From an uncultured Chloroflexia bacterium (GTDB lineage: Bacteria; Chloroflexota; Dehalococcoidia; GIF9; UBA5629): DNA of 64,000 nt. The notes beneath the pieces are model-generated. The model saw only the letters and a program-made list of their open reading frames with translations, made no database searches and was not told the DNA's origin. This document shows positions 42,452 to 53,261 of the stretch, in pieces. The stretch spans positions 13,286-77,285 of the forward strand of contig CAWKFY010000019.1 of the NCBI GenBank assembly GCA_963848815.1, given 5' to 3'. Positions within the stretch are counted from its first letter, which is position 1; each line of letters starts with the position of its first letter. Position numbers and translations under genes: made by a program.

Positions 42452-42787
42452 ATGGCTGAGACTAAAGTAAATGTGAAGAAAACCACCGGGGTAAAGGAAG
42501 AGAGCGGCGTAAATTTCTGGACCGGTAAGGCGCCCTGTTTCGAGCTATGCAATTGCCCTGAGATGATTAAGGGCGAATGCCCGGTTGAGAAATATCAGTT
42601 CCTGCCGTGCTGGGAGATCGAAGGGACCTATTGCAAACTGGATGACAAGGGAGCAACGGGCCGTGATACCAGCATCTGCGAGACTTGCAGGGTTTACAAG
42701 AAATATGGCAACGGTGAACCCATCGTGCTGAAGCTGTTCGGCAAGGGCATTGACACTCACCTCAGGGAACTCGATAGAGTTGCGTAG
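42452..42787 (+). CDS. Small 8-Cys protein, paralog B (111 aa)
   Basis: AAGGAGG SD; a conserved core shared with paralog A; its own terminator downstream. Confidence 0.6.
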   Translation: MAETKVNVKKTTGVKEESGVNFWTGKAPCFELCNCPEMIKGECPVEKYQFLPCWEIEGTYCKLDDKGATGRDTSICETCRVYKKYGNGEPIVLKLFGKGIDTHLRELDRVA

Positions 42788-42815
42788 TAGACAGCAACTC
42801 AGGTTTTAGTTTGCA

Positions 42816-42846
42816 GAAGGGGGCCGATATTGAGTCGGCCCCCTTC
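42816..42846. terminator. Hairpin GAAGGGGGCCGA-tattgag-TCGGCCCCCTTC between convergent genes
   Basis: 12-bp perfect stem, read directly from the sequence. Confidence 0.6.
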
Positions 42847-42858
42847 TCTATTTCAACT

Positions 42859-43380
42859 TCATTCATCGATGGTTTTGGCCCGGTCCAGCAAATCCAACTT
42901 CTCTCGAAGGTCCCTTAGATTGACCACATCGTCCCGATTGTAGCGCAGCAGCAGGTCGAGGGACTTCTCGTCGTTATAGGCACAATATTTTTTCCACAGC
43001 CATACAGCATGCCAGCCGGTCAGTCCTTCGGTCTCGCGCGATATGCCCAGCCGGTTGAGCACGACTTTTAATCCGCCTTTTAACATATGCTGATGACAGC
43101 GGTGCATCAGGTCGCTGTGCAGGTACATCCGGTTCAGGTCAGGGCCCAGCCGATGGCGTATAAAGGGCAGGTCGAAGCGCTCCCCGTTATAGGTGTAGAG
43201 ATAGTCCGAACCTTCCAATACCTCCAGCAGCCGGCGGCGTGTCAAGTCCTCATTATAAAGCTGTACCAGCGTGCCCTCATATTCATTACAGAAATAGATG
43301 CCGATCACGGTAATGCTGCAATTGCCGCTATAAAGGCCGGTTGTCTCGATATCCAGGTAGGCGTCAGGGAATCCGATCAT
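42859..43380 (-). CDS. RNase H-like / DEDD-type exonuclease domain protein (YprB-like)
   Basis: YLDIETTGL exonuclease motif I near the N-terminus. Confidence 0.65.
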   Translation of the reverse strand: MIGFPDAYLDIETTGLYSGNCSITVIGIYFCNEYEGTLVQLYNEDLTRRRLLEVLEGSDYLYTYNGERFDLPFIRHRLGPDLNRMYLHSDLMHRCHQHMLKGGLKVVLNRLGISRETEGLTGWHAVWLWKKYCAYNDEKSLDLLLRYNRDDVVNLRDLREKLDLLDRAKTIDE

Positions 43381-43436
43381 GATGAATCCTTACTTTGATT
43401 ATACTGCACCGGCGAGGCGATGCCCGGTTTCACAGC

Positions 43437-44291
43437 TTACCCGGCGCCGTCTTTCATACGGGCATTGACGGCACTCAGCTTGGCGCAAAACAACAATATC
43501 CAGGCAGCGGTGTAGCTGAAGGCCAGCAGCGCAAAGACTGCACCCAGCGAGCCGTAGACGAGATTATACTCGTCGAAATTATTGATATACCAGATGAAAA
43601 GGAACCTTATGAGCTCAAATACTATCGCTGCTATCAATGCCCCCATCCAGATATCTCTCCAACGGGGCCTTGCTGCGGGGACAAATTTGTAAAGGACGAG
43701 GATGATGGCGAAAGCCAGGAAGGCGCTTATAGCCGTGGTAACTGTGGTGGAAAGCGTTGTACTGTTGAGGAACGGGAAAACCTCGCTGTGGAAATTTCTG
43801 AACTGCAGAATGCTGAGGGCGGTGGATATCCAGATATAAAGGGTCAGCACAATGAAGGCTCCGATCATCATGGCGATATCCATGGCCCCGCCTTTGAAGA
43901 AGGAGAGCTGCTTCTTAACGCCCCATGCCCTATCCAGCGACTCACGCACGGCGGAGAAGAATGACGACGCGCTCCAGATCAATATCAACAGGGCAATGAT
44001 CCCGGTTTCCAGACGTGCGTTGACCAAATCGCGCAGCGTTGTCAAAACTATGTTTCTGGCCATGGGAAGCATGCCTCCGAGCACGTTAACGACACTCTGT
44101 TCGAATTCGGGAGACTCCATGATGAACCCCGCTATGGAGATCAGCGCAAGGGCAAAGGGAAAAAGGGAAAACAAAAGGTTGAACGCCACGGCCGCCGATA
44201 ACAGATTGCCGTTGTCCATATCGAAGCCGGTATAGGTCCTGGTTAGCAGGCGTACCACCCTGTTTTTCTTCAGGCGTTCCAGTATTTTCAT
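43437..44291 (-). CDS. YihY/BrkB family inner membrane protein
   Basis: Polytopic 284-aa protein with the family signature LSAAVAFNLLFSLFP. Confidence 0.8.
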   Translation of the reverse strand: MKILERLKKNRVVRLLTRTYTGFDMDNGNLLSAAVAFNLLFSLFPFALALISIAGFIMESPEFEQSVVNVLGGMLPMARNIVLTTLRDLVNARLETGIIALLILIWSASSFFSAVRESLDRAWGVKKQLSFFKGGAMDIAMMIGAFIVLTLYIWISTALSILQFRNFHSEVFPFLNSTTLSTTVTTAISAFLAFAIILVLYKFVPAARPRWRDIWMGALIAAIVFELIRFLFIWYINNFDEYNLVYGSLGAVFALLAFSYTAAWILLFCAKLSAVNARMKDGAG

Positions 44292-45719
44292 ATTCTCAGT
44301 CCTTTAAGATAGGCGTTGGCCGCATGTACACCGCACATGCCGTGCACGCCGGCGCCGGGCGGGGTCGAGGCGGAGCACAGGTATACGTCCTCGAGAGGGG
44401 TGCTGTAAGGGATGATGCGGCAGGTCGGCCGGCAGAATATTTGCTTCAGGTTCTGGGCGCCCCCGACTATATCTCCGCCGACCAGGTTGGGATTTTCGGC
44501 TTCCAGTTCGGCAGGACCGGATATGTGCTTTTGGAGGATCAAATCTTTAAAGCCCGGCGCGAAACGCTCAATCTGCGATTCTATGGCTTCCGTCATATCG
44601 ACGGTACAACCATTGGGTACGTGGCAGTAGGCCCAGGCCGTATGCCGTCCGGCCGGTGCGCGAGAGCTATCGAAAAGGCTGGGCTGAGCCAGGATGACGA
44701 AAGGCCTGGGATGGACCTTACCCTGCCAGGCCCAAAGCTCCGCCTCTGCGATCTCGGCAAAGGTCCCTCCGATATGCACGGTCCCCGCCGAATTGCAGTC
44801 CCCGGCCTTCCAGGGTATGGGGCCGGACAGCGCCCAGTCGACTTTAAATACGCCGGGCCCGTAATGGTAATTCTGCAGGGACCGCTTATAGCCGGCGGGC
44901 AGGCGCGGGCCGAAGACTTGGATTAGCTGTTGCGGAGAAGTGTCGAAGAATATGGCCTTTGCATCCGGCAGGTCGGATGAAGAATTTACCTTGTGGCCTG
45001 TTATGAGTTTGCCTCCCAGTGATGATAAGCGGCGTGCCAGGGCGGACGAGATGCTTGCCTGCGCCTCCGGCAGGGATTGGCCAGCCGGCGGCGTGCCCGG
45101 TAACGCTCAGGACCAGGCCGAAAGCAGCCGACGGCCTCTTATTCAAAGGCAGGACGGAGTGGGCGGAAAGGCCGGCCCAGAAACCCCTTGCAAGGTAGCC
45201 TTTGAAATAGTCCCCGCAAAGGCTTTCGGCGGAGTGAAGAGCACGCATTCCGAAGCGTGCAAGCAGCAGTGGATGGTGTGCCGAGCGCATAGTACCGAGC
45301 AGGTAGCCGCTTAATTCGCCGAACCGTTCTACAAAGGGCCGGACCAATTTGGTATAGGCCGGTCCGTCGCCTTCCAGGGTCAGCGCCGTCTCTTCTAACG
45401 AGGCCTTAAGCAGGGCGGCGCGTCCATCCTCGAAGGGATGTGCCATCTGGATGGGTGGGCGAATCCACTCCACGCCGAGGCTTGAGAGAGGCAACGATGA
45501 AAAAAATGGAGACACGGCTGCCATGGGATGGACAGCCGATCCCACATCGTGGCGGAAGCCGGGCAGCGTCAATTCCGCCGTGCGGGCGCCTCCTCCCGCT
45601 TCCGCTGCCGCCTCCAGAACGACTACCTTGAGGCCGCGCCCGGCCAGCGTTATGGCTGCGGCCAACCCGTTGGGCCCTGAACCTATAACTGCGGCGTCGT
45701 ATTCGCAGGATCTTTTCAT
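44288..45719 (-). CDS. Phytoene desaturase-family NAD(P)/FAD-dependent oxidoreductase (CrtI-like); frameshift near 44950
   Basis: N-terminus DAAVIGSGPNGLAAAITLA (Rossmann fold). Pieces are 44886..45719 and 44288..44779, with an intervening in-frame segment found by hand translation. Confidence 0.7.
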
Positions 45720-45862
45720 AGGTATTTGCCTGTTACTTGCGGTTTAAAGGATGCGTGATACTGTGAAGCATGCTCAGGATCTGCGCATTTTGAAAGAAGT
45801 TGAAAAACCTGGACCACTGCAGGGAAGCATCAAGGCATTTCTTTTCGAGGTAAACCTGCCCT

Positions 45863-46789
45863 TTACTGCCCGTGTATTTGGCTGCGGACTCTAAGCACAT
45901 GCGTCCATATTTTTTCCTGGATGTGTGAACCTGCCAAACGGAAAGCCAGCTCGTAAATGGGATCGCTGGCGCGGGCCAGTCCCTGTATCTGCAAGATGGT
46001 ATGGCCTGCTTCCTCGAAAGCCCTGAATGTCACCCATCCGGCTTCGGGATGTCCCTGCGGTGTTATAAAAGTGAAAGTATGATCCTCGGCGTAAAGCACC
46101 AGCACGCCCGTTGCTACCAGGCCGCCGGGAGTGACGGCATTGATCAGCACTATCTCGCCTGGTGCAATGCCCCTGTCGGTCGGGTAGAAACGGTTTTCAG
46201 GAGGTTGAAGCTCCGGGAATTTGCTTTTAACCGTGGCAATGATCTGGGATGGAGTCAGCTTGGTATCCGAGAGGTCGATCCGGTAGGTCTTTTCCCATAG
46301 CTGGCCGAAGCCCTGCACCGGGCCCGCCGTTCTGTGGCCGTTCACGTTCAGGTTTATAGCCTGCCTTGGCGTAGCCGACACTTTCAACTTTCCTGCCGTC
46401 GTGGCCCAGCGGCTGTCAGCCTGGGATTCGGGTCTGGATATCTCCCTGCTACCGGTGATACTGGCAGTTTTGAACATGACTGAAGCTCTGGTGTTTATGT
46501 TAAATATTTTATCCAGCCCGGCCACTCCAAATACATTGCGGTAGGGAGAGCTCAATCCGATAGCGAATAAATGATTCCGCGTTTTGTGGGCGCGCACATA
46601 CAGCTTGACCAGGACATTAATTCCGAGATTGTCCAGCGACTCCACTCCTGTGAAATCCAGGATGAGCGCTTTACCGTGGGAAATGCCGGATTGTTCGAGG
46701 ATATCGAATAGCTCTCTTTCGGATTTGGAAGTGAATTCCCGGTCCAGGACTATAACTACTGCTCCGGAACCTGCCTTGACAAGCTTCAT
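45863..46789 (-). CDS. STAS-domain protein with an uncharacterised C-terminal domain
   Basis: N-terminal anti-sigma-antagonist-like fold (LILDFTGVESLDNLGINVLVKL). Confidence 0.55.
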   Translation of the reverse strand: MKLVKAGSGAVVIVLDREFTSKSERELFDILEQSGISHGKALILDFTGVESLDNLGINVLVKLYVRAHKTRNHLFAIGLSSPYRNVFGVAGLDKIFNINTRASVMFKTASITGSREISRPESQADSRWATTAGKLKVSATPRQAINLNVNGHRTAGPVQGFGQLWEKTYRIDLSDTKLTPSQIIATVKSKFPELQPPENRFYPTDRGIAPGEIVLINAVTPGGLVATGVLVLYAEDHTFTFITPQGHPEAGWVTFRAFEEAGHTILQIQGLARASDPIYELAFRLAGSHIQEKIWTHVLRVRSQIHGQ

Positions 46790-46926
46790 AACCCCTCCTT
46801 CATGCCTGGAGACCGCTGAATTGTTCTCTCAATATATTATCAGATTATAGCGTGTTGTTTTGCCGAACGCCTCGGTGGCTGGTTTAAAGTAAAATAGATT
46901 GCGGTAATTAATTTGGGAGGCCGATT

Positions 46927-47217
46927 ATGGAACAGAATGAGAACCAGAAAAATAGGAAAGCGTCGGAGAATCTGGCCGACATGGCCGATGCCCTGGGCAG
47001 CGCCATGAGCCAGATATTCAACGATCCCAAGCTAAAGGAAAAGGCTGCGGAGCTGGGCAAAGCAGTCAGGGAGTCCGCCCAGACGCTGGGGGACAGGTTC
47101 AAGGATGAGGAAGTAAAGGCTAAATTCAAGGAGGCGGGCAAGGCCGCACAGGCCTTCGGGAAAAGCGTGGCGGACATGTTGAACGAGGATAAGCCAGGCG
47201 AATCGAAGAAGCCTTGA
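46927..47217 (+). CDS. Small Lys/Ala/Glu-rich hypothetical protein
   Basis: GGGAGG SD before the ATG; 96 aa. Confidence 0.35.
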   Translation: MEQNENQKNRKASENLADMADALGSAMSQIFNDPKLKEKAAELGKAVRESAQTLGDRFKDEEVKAKFKEAGKAAQAFGKSVADMLNEDKPGESKKP

Positions 47218-47220
47218 GCT

Positions 47221-48714
47221 TTAAGATTTGGCAGCGGAGCCCGGTTTTTTATTCAGCATCTGCGAGTAGGCCAGTGCAGCGGCTATGGCAGCCGTCCGTT
47301 TGCTGTCATCGAATACCTGCGAGAGCTTCTCCTCGAGCGGTTGTTCACGGGCCATAATGGCCTGCATATCGTCGATAAGAGTCGTTTCCTGGGTGATGAA
47401 ATGTGTCCCCAGTTCACCGCTCTGGAAGCGTTTGTTCTCCATCACAGCCTTGTGGAAGGGGATATTGGTCTTGACCCCCACAATAACGTATTCGTAGAGT
47501 GCGCGCCGCATCCGCTGGATGGCCTCGTCCCTGGTGCGGCCCCAGGCCACCAGCTTGGAGATCATGGGGTCATACATGGGCGATATCGCATAGCGCGTGT
47601 GCACGCCGCTATCGACGCGTATGCCGATGCCCCCGGGCGAGCGGTAGCCGCGCAGCTTTCCCGGCGAAGGCACGAAATTGTTGAGCGGGTCTTCGGCATT
47701 GATGCGGCACTCGATGGCCCAGCCGTTCATGTGCACATCTTTCTGCTTGATGCTCAGTTTTTCGCCCGAGGCGATCAGCAACTGCTCTTTTACTATATCG
47801 ATGCCGGTCACCATCTCGGTGACCGGGTGCTCGACCTGGATACGGGTATTCATCTCCATGAAATAGAACTCTCCATTGGAGAAGATGAACTCGATGGTCC
47901 CGGCATTCTCGTAATTGATCTGCCGGGCAGCTTTGACGGCTATATCTCCCATGCGTTTACGCAGGTCGGCAGTCAGGGCCGGCGAGGGGGCTTCCTCGAT
48001 CAGCTTCTGGTGCCGGCGCTGGATGGAGCATTCGCGTTCGCCCAGGTGTATCACGTTGCCGTGCGAATCGGCCAGCACCTGGAACTCGATATGGCGCGGA
48101 TGCTCGATATATTTTTCGATATATATTTCGGGCATGCCGAAGGTGCTGGCGGCGATCTTGCTGGACATCTCCAGCCCTTTCTTCAGGTTGTCCTCGTCAT
48201 GCACAATCGTCATGCCGATGCCGCCTCCCCCTCCGGAAGGCTTGATTATGATGGGATAACCTATCTGCCGGGCGATCTCCCGCGCCTCTTCAAATTCGCT
48301 GACCGACTTACTGGTGCCGGGCGTGATCGGTACCCCGGCTTTGGCCATTTCCTGTCGGGCGGCTATTTTATTGCCCATCAGCTCGATGACTTTGCTGGAT
48401 GGGCCGATAAACTTGATGCCTTCCCGCTCGCAGGCATAAGCGAAGCTCGGATTCTCCGCCAGGAATCCATAGCCCGGATGTATCCCTTCGCATCCGCTCT
48501 CCTTGGCCACGCTTATGATTTTCTTGATATTGAGGTAGCTTTCCGAGGCCGGCGCGGCGCCGATGTAATAAGCCTCGTCGGCATATTTGGCGAACAGCGC
48601 ATCCTTGTCCGCCTCGGAATAGACGGCCACCGTGCGTATGCCCAGCTCACGGCAGGCGCGCATCACACGTATGGCTATCTCGCCGCGGTTGGCGATCAAG
48701 ACTTTCTTAAGCAT
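47221..48714 (-). CDS. pycA: Biotin carboxylase (pyruvate carboxylase subunit A / AccC-type)
   Basis: [22 protein letters not shown]-terminus and an ATP-grasp domain; 497 aa, intact. Confidence 0.9.
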   Translation of the reverse strand: MLKKVLIANRGEIAIRVMRACRELGIRTVAVYSEADKDALFAKYADEAYYIGAAPASESYLNIKKIISVAKESGCEGIHPGYGFLAENPSFAYACEREGIKFIGPSSKVIELMGNKIAARQEMAKAGVPITPGTSKSVSEFEEAREIARQIGYPIIIKPSGGGGGIGMTIVHDEDNLKKGLEMSSKIAASTFGMPEIYIEKYIEHPRHIEFQVLADSHGNVIHLGERECSIQRRHQKLIEEAPSPALTADLRKRMGDIAVKAARQINYENAGTIEFIFSNGEFYFMEMNTRIQVEHPVTEMVTGIDIVKEQLLIASGEKLSIKQKDVHMNGWAIECRINAEDPLNNFVPSPGKLRGYRSPGGIGIRVDSGVHTRYAISPMYDPMISKLVAWGRTRDEAIQRMRRALYEYVIVGVKTNIPFHKAVMENKRFQSGELGTHFITQETTLIDDMQAIMAREQPLEEKLSQVFDDSKRTAAIAAALAYSQMLNKKPGSAAKS

Positions 48715-48715
48715 C

Positions 48716-50433
48716 TCAGTCTATAACCATCAGTACATCATCTTTATTGACGATTTCACCGTTGAAGGCGAAAATCTCTTTGACCGTGCCGGTGAACGGG
48801 CTGTGCACATCGTTCTGCATTTTCATGGCTTCGGTGACGACGACCATATCGCCCTCCTTGACCTTATCTCCCACTTTGACTTTAACGGTCAGTATCATGC
48901 CCTGCATGGGCGCCAGCACCGATCCCTTGACCATTTCACTGGGCTTGCTCTTTTTCTCCAGCTCGATGGTTTTACCCAGCACCGGTGTGATCTTGATGTT
49001 GAAGACCTCTCCGTCGACATCGACGCTGAACTCAGATGGAACATCGTCGCCGCGTTGGCTTGCGGCGGCTGCCATGGGGCTTGCCAGCACCTCTTCCTTG
49101 GCCTCGCCCCGCAGGAACTTGACGGCTACCTGGGGATAGAGGGCATAGGTTATCAGGTCTTCTTCCTTGTGCAGTATGCCCAGCTTATGGCTCTCGTCCT
49201 TCAGTTTCGCCAGCTCCGGCCTCAATGTGGTCGCCGGGACGGCCGTCGATGGTGGGCGAATCCCCGACGATGGTCCTGCGTACCTCTTCGTTCAACTGGC
49301 CCGGCGGCCTGCCGTAGTAGCCCAGGAAATAGTCCTTGACCTCTTTGGTAACTTTTTTATACCGCTCGCCGTTCAGCACATTGAGGACCGCCTGGATGCC
49401 CACGATCTGGCTGGTGGGAGTCACCAGCGGCGGATATCCCAGGTCGGCGCGCACCTTCGGAATCTCCTCCAGCACGGCGCCTATCTTATCCAGCGCATTC
49501 TGTTCGCGAAGCTGGCTGATGAGGTTGGAATACATACCGCCCGGTATCTGGTGCAGCAGGACGTTGACGCTGGGCCTGGTGGCCTCGGCGGTAAGCAGCA
49601 TGTGGTACTTGACCGCCATGGAGGCGAAATCTTCGCCGATCTCGTAGAGGAGCTCAAGGTCGAGGCCGCTCTCGTAGGGCGTGCCCTGGAAGGCCGCCAC
49701 CACGCTTTCCGTGGGAGGCTGCGAAGTTCCCCAGGCAAACGGCGAGAAGGCCGTATCGAGTATATCTACGCCCGCCTCGGCGGCGGCCTGGTAGCTCATC
49801 GGCGCCATGCCGCTGGAGCAGTGGGAATGCAGGTCGATGGGGATTTTAATTCCTGGCCTTGATAGCCTTTATCAGGGCGGTAGTCTGCGGCGGCGAAATA
49901 AGCCCGGCCATGTCCTTAATGCAGATGGAATCGCAGCCCAGGTTTTCCAGTTCCTTTGCCATCGAAGCAAAGCCTTCTACGCTGTGTACGGGGCTGATGG
50001 TATAGCAGATGGTCCCCTGCACGTGGGACTTGTATTTCTTGCATTCACGGATGGCCAGCTCCATATTGCGGATATCGTTGAGCGCATCGAAAACACGGAA
50101 CACGTCGACGCCGTTTTTATGGGCAAAGCGCACGAACTCCTTAACAACGTCGTCGGAGTAATGCCTGTAGCCTACCAGGTTCTGGCCACGCAGCAGCATC
50201 TGGAGGCGGGTATTCTTGACCCTGGAGCGGATATCTTTGAGGCGTTCCCAGGGGTCCTCGTTCAGGTAGCGGATACAGGTATCGAAGGTGGCGCCGCCCC
50301 ACATTTCCAGCGAGAAGAACCCGACCCTGTCCATCTTTTCCACGATTGGTAGCATATCCCGGGTCCTCATCCTGGTAGCAATGAGCGATTGATGCGCATC
50401 CCGCAAGGTTGTATCGGTAATTTTTATTCCCAT
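48716..50433 (-). CDS. pycB: Pyruvate carboxylase subunit B (carboxyltransferase 5S plus C-terminal biotinyl domain); two frameshifts (~49240 and ~49830)
   Basis: Pieces are 49846..50433 (TIM-barrel carboxyltransferase N-terminus), 49185..49808, and 48716..49225 (biotinyl domain with the EAMKM motif). Confidence 0.85.
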
Positions 50434-50608
50434 ATCGATCCTTTGATTCCGGTGTTAACTAACCGGCCAACTGAAAATAGGCCTAACCCGCTTATGATAT
50501 AAATTGCTGGCCCTTTCGTCAATTTGTCGAAATGCACATATGGAACCTTGTATTGATGCGAGACCGTGATATATAATCCCGAATTGAAACATAAGGTTTA
50601 ACAAAACT

Positions 50609-51160
50609 ATGGCTGAATATGGATTTGGAGCTCCGCTGCCCGAAGAAACTCACGTCTTCGGCGGGCGCCGGCCCGGCTATCCCGGGAAGTTCGTTGAGAG
50701 ACAACTTGTAGACGAATGGCTGGCTTACATGAAAAAACAGGAGATCAGCCGTCTTGTATGTATGCTATCCGAAGAGGAACTCAAGTATTATCCGACACTG
50801 TCGGGCGGGCTGCTGGGTGTGTATGGCGAGAACTTTGGGCAGGACAACGTATTGTGGGCGCCCACGCAGGATAAGCACCTTTGCAGCGGCGAGGCCCTCA
50901 AGCATATATGCTATTTTTTACAGCAGGCCGTCTCTCAGGGTGAAAAGACGGTCATACACTGCTCGGCGGGGCTGGGCAGGACGGGACAGGCACTGGCGGC
51001 CTGGCTCATCTACAATTACGATATGACCGAGCGCAAAGCGCTCAAAACGCTCGACGCATTGAACCGCAGCCCACGGGAAGCCGTGTATTACGGCGCTGCC
51101 GACGAAGCGGCTTTACTACGTTTGCTGGCTGTGGCCAGGGAACTGGAAAAGCCGGCCTGA
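50609..51160 (+). CDS. Dual-specificity / tyrosine protein phosphatase family protein
   Basis: HCSAGLGRTG CX5R active-site motif. Confidence 0.8.
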   Translation: MAEYGFGAPLPEETHVFGGRRPGYPGKFVERQLVDEWLAYMKKQEISRLVCMLSEEELKYYPTLSGGLLGVYGENFGQDNVLWAPTQDKHLCSGEALKHICYFLQQAVSQGEKTVIHCSAGLGRTGQALAAWLIYNYDMTERKALKTLDALNRSPREAVYYGAADEAALLRLLAVARELEKPA

Positions 51161-51706
51161 TCAGTCCTCAAACTCTTTTCTATATTTTTCCCAGAGGGCG
51201 CCGGCCTTAAAAGCCTCGATGCAGGCGCGCATGACATCATACTGGGACAGGTTGGTTTCCATAACCGCGGTTATGATCTTGATCCAGTCCTCGGAAGGAG
51301 CGATTTCTTCCGAGCTTTTTTCGTACCGCTTCACGAACTTCTCGAACTTATCCTGCAGACGCAGCTCACGCACCTTTTTATGATAGACGGTGGCATCCTT
51401 TTTCAGGATATCCTCGATCTGTTTTTGCCACAGGGGCTGCTCGGGTTTGGTTTCCTTTGCGTTGTCCTGCTCTTCGCTCTTAGTATAAATATAGCGGGGG
51501 AACCTGTAACGGGTCAGCAGGACGTCCCAGGATAGCTTGATCTTCTCGGTTTTTTCCATATTCAGCAGTGCCGGCAGGATTTTCTTGAATATAATAGTTT
51601 CCTTCTCAGTGCCGGTGACATCGTGCGTAAAATGGGCGATAACTTCGGTTAGCCTGACTTTGCCGGCATTCAGTTTGGATATGTATCTGATGATTTTGTC
51701 TTCCAT
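51161..51706 (-). CDS. Hypothetical protein (181 aa, charged and helical)
   Basis: ORF only; no family recognised. Confidence 0.45.
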   Translation of the reverse strand: MEDKIIRYISKLNAGKVRLTEVIAHFTHDVTGTEKETIIFKKILPALLNMEKTEKIKLSWDVLLTRYRFPRYIYTKSEEQDNAKETKPEQPLWQKQIEDILKKDATVYHKKVRELRLQDKFEKFVKRYEKSSEEIAPSEDWIKIITAVMETNLSQYDVMRACIEAFKAGALWEKYRKEFED

Positions 51707-51829
51707 CGTTAATCACCTCCGGTGCAAAGGTCATTGCAGAGGCTCCTTGTATTATTGTAGCAAAAACTTGGAAACAAGACGGCCAAACGCTTACAATAAT
51801 GCTTTGTTAATTTTAAGGAGGATATTTTA

Positions 51830-52957
51830 TTGCACCGATTACAAATAGTCCAGCAGGGCAAAGCTAACGGGGAAAGCGTAATACTGCTCTGCCGGACAGC
51901 CAAAGGGACTGAAATATATTGTCTGGGCGTCCCGATCTATTATGCGTCGGGCGAGGATTGGGACCTGGGACCTTCGTGGTGCTATGTAATTCCGGGGAAG
52001 AAGCTGACTCTGGTCGATACCGGTCAATTCGATAGATATGAATTGTTGAAGCCCATGATTAAGAGCGCCGGCTTCGATATAAAGGACGTGGGGCGGGTGG
52101 TAGTTACCCATGGCCACGAGGACCACGACGGGAATCTCAGCGATATTATCCGGGATAGCGGCGCTGAGGTGTGGGCGCATTATGCCTATCAGAACATGAT
52201 TGCCTACCATCCCGGCATCGATGACGGCGCCAACCGTCCCGATTTTCCCGGCTCGTGCCGCAACTGCGTAATGCCGGACGAGTTCAATAAAAATTGCCGG
52301 CATTATCAAAGCGAGAGAAGCCGGATTAAAGTCGACAATCCGGTGAAAAACGGCGCAATATTGCCGGGAATGGATATGCGTTTCATAGAGACGCCGGGGC
52401 ATTCACCGGATTCAATTTGCGCAATTCTCGAAGAAGAGATCGTCTTCGGCGGAGATACTCTTCTGCCCAGCATAACTCCCCACCCTTCACTGGTGCTGGA
52501 ATACCTGGTAAACAGGCGTATTCTGCCCGACGGCTACGGCGGACACAATGATGCCTACGGGTTGATAGCCTATATCAATTCGATCAACAGGGTTAAGGCA
52601 GAATGCGCTGAATGTGACCTGCTCCTGCCTGGCCACAGGCTTTACGAGCATGGAGAAATAAACTGCCTGAAGCCAGCTCAGAGGGCGGGAGAGGTAATTA
52701 ATTTCCATCGGGAGCGCTGTGAGAATATACTGAAAATATTGGACGGCAGGGTCCTTGGCCTGGAGGAGATATCCGTGGAACTGTTCCCGGCCAGGCTGCG
52801 CAAGGGATGGGGAAAATACATGGCCAGGCGGGAGGTTATGAGCCACCTGGAATTGCTCGAAGGCCTGGGCGATGTAGAGTGGAAGGACGGCAGGAATTTC
52901 ACGTCCCGGACCACGGGAGAACGGGGATATATCGACTATTTCAATGGGTTAAATTGA
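51830..52957 (+). CDS. MBL-fold metallo-hydrolase
   Basis: VVTHGHEDHDGNL motif. Confidence 0.8.
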   Translation: MHRLQIVQQGKANGESVILLCRTAKGTEIYCLGVPIYYASGEDWDLGPSWCYVIPGKKLTLVDTGQFDRYELLKPMIKSAGFDIKDVGRVVVTHGHEDHDGNLSDIIRDSGAEVWAHYAYQNMIAYHPGIDDGANRPDFPGSCRNCVMPDEFNKNCRHYQSERSRIKVDNPVKNGAILPGMDMRFIETPGHSPDSICAILEEEIVFGGDTLLPSITPHPSLVLEYLVNRRILPDGYGGHNDAYGLIAYINSINRVKAECAECDLLLPGHRLYEHGEINCLKPAQRAGEVINFHRERCENILKILDGRVLGLEEISVELFPARLRKGWGKYMARREVMSHLELLEGLGDVEWKDGRNFTSRTTGERGYIDYFNGLN

Positions 52958-52967
52958 AGGAGGAAAT

Positions 52968-53252
52968 ATGATAGTAATTACGGCAATGATGAGGGCCAAG
53001 GAGGGCCAGGGGGATGAACTGGCCAAAGTAATCAAGGACTTCGCTCCTAAATTCCTGAAGGACCCGGGATGCGTTGACTACAACGTGCAGCGCCGCACCG
53101 ATAACCGCAACATATTCTTGTTCTATGAAAGGTATGAGGACGATAAGGCGCTGACCTTTCATTCGACGGCGCCCCATTTCAAAGAGATGTTCACCGCAAT
53201 GAAACCTTTCCTGGAAGGCAAGGCCGAAATTGCCATGTACGAAGAAATCTAA
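52968..53252 (+). CDS. Antibiotic biosynthesis monooxygenase (ABM) family protein
   Basis: 94-aa ferredoxin-like ABM fold. Confidence 0.8.
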   Translation: MIVITAMMRAKEGQGDELAKVIKDFAPKFLKDPGCVDYNVQRRTDNRNIFLFYERYEDDKALTFHSTAPHFKEMFTAMKPFLEGKAEIAMYEEI

Positions 53253-53261
53253 CCGGCTTAT

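Noticed and set aside
47341-48726. 461-aa plus-strand ORF
   Set aside because: It is antisense to the well-supported biotin carboxylase gene. Its amino-acid composition is Arg/Ala/Gly/His-rich, typical of spurious reverse-strand ORFs in GC-rich DNA.
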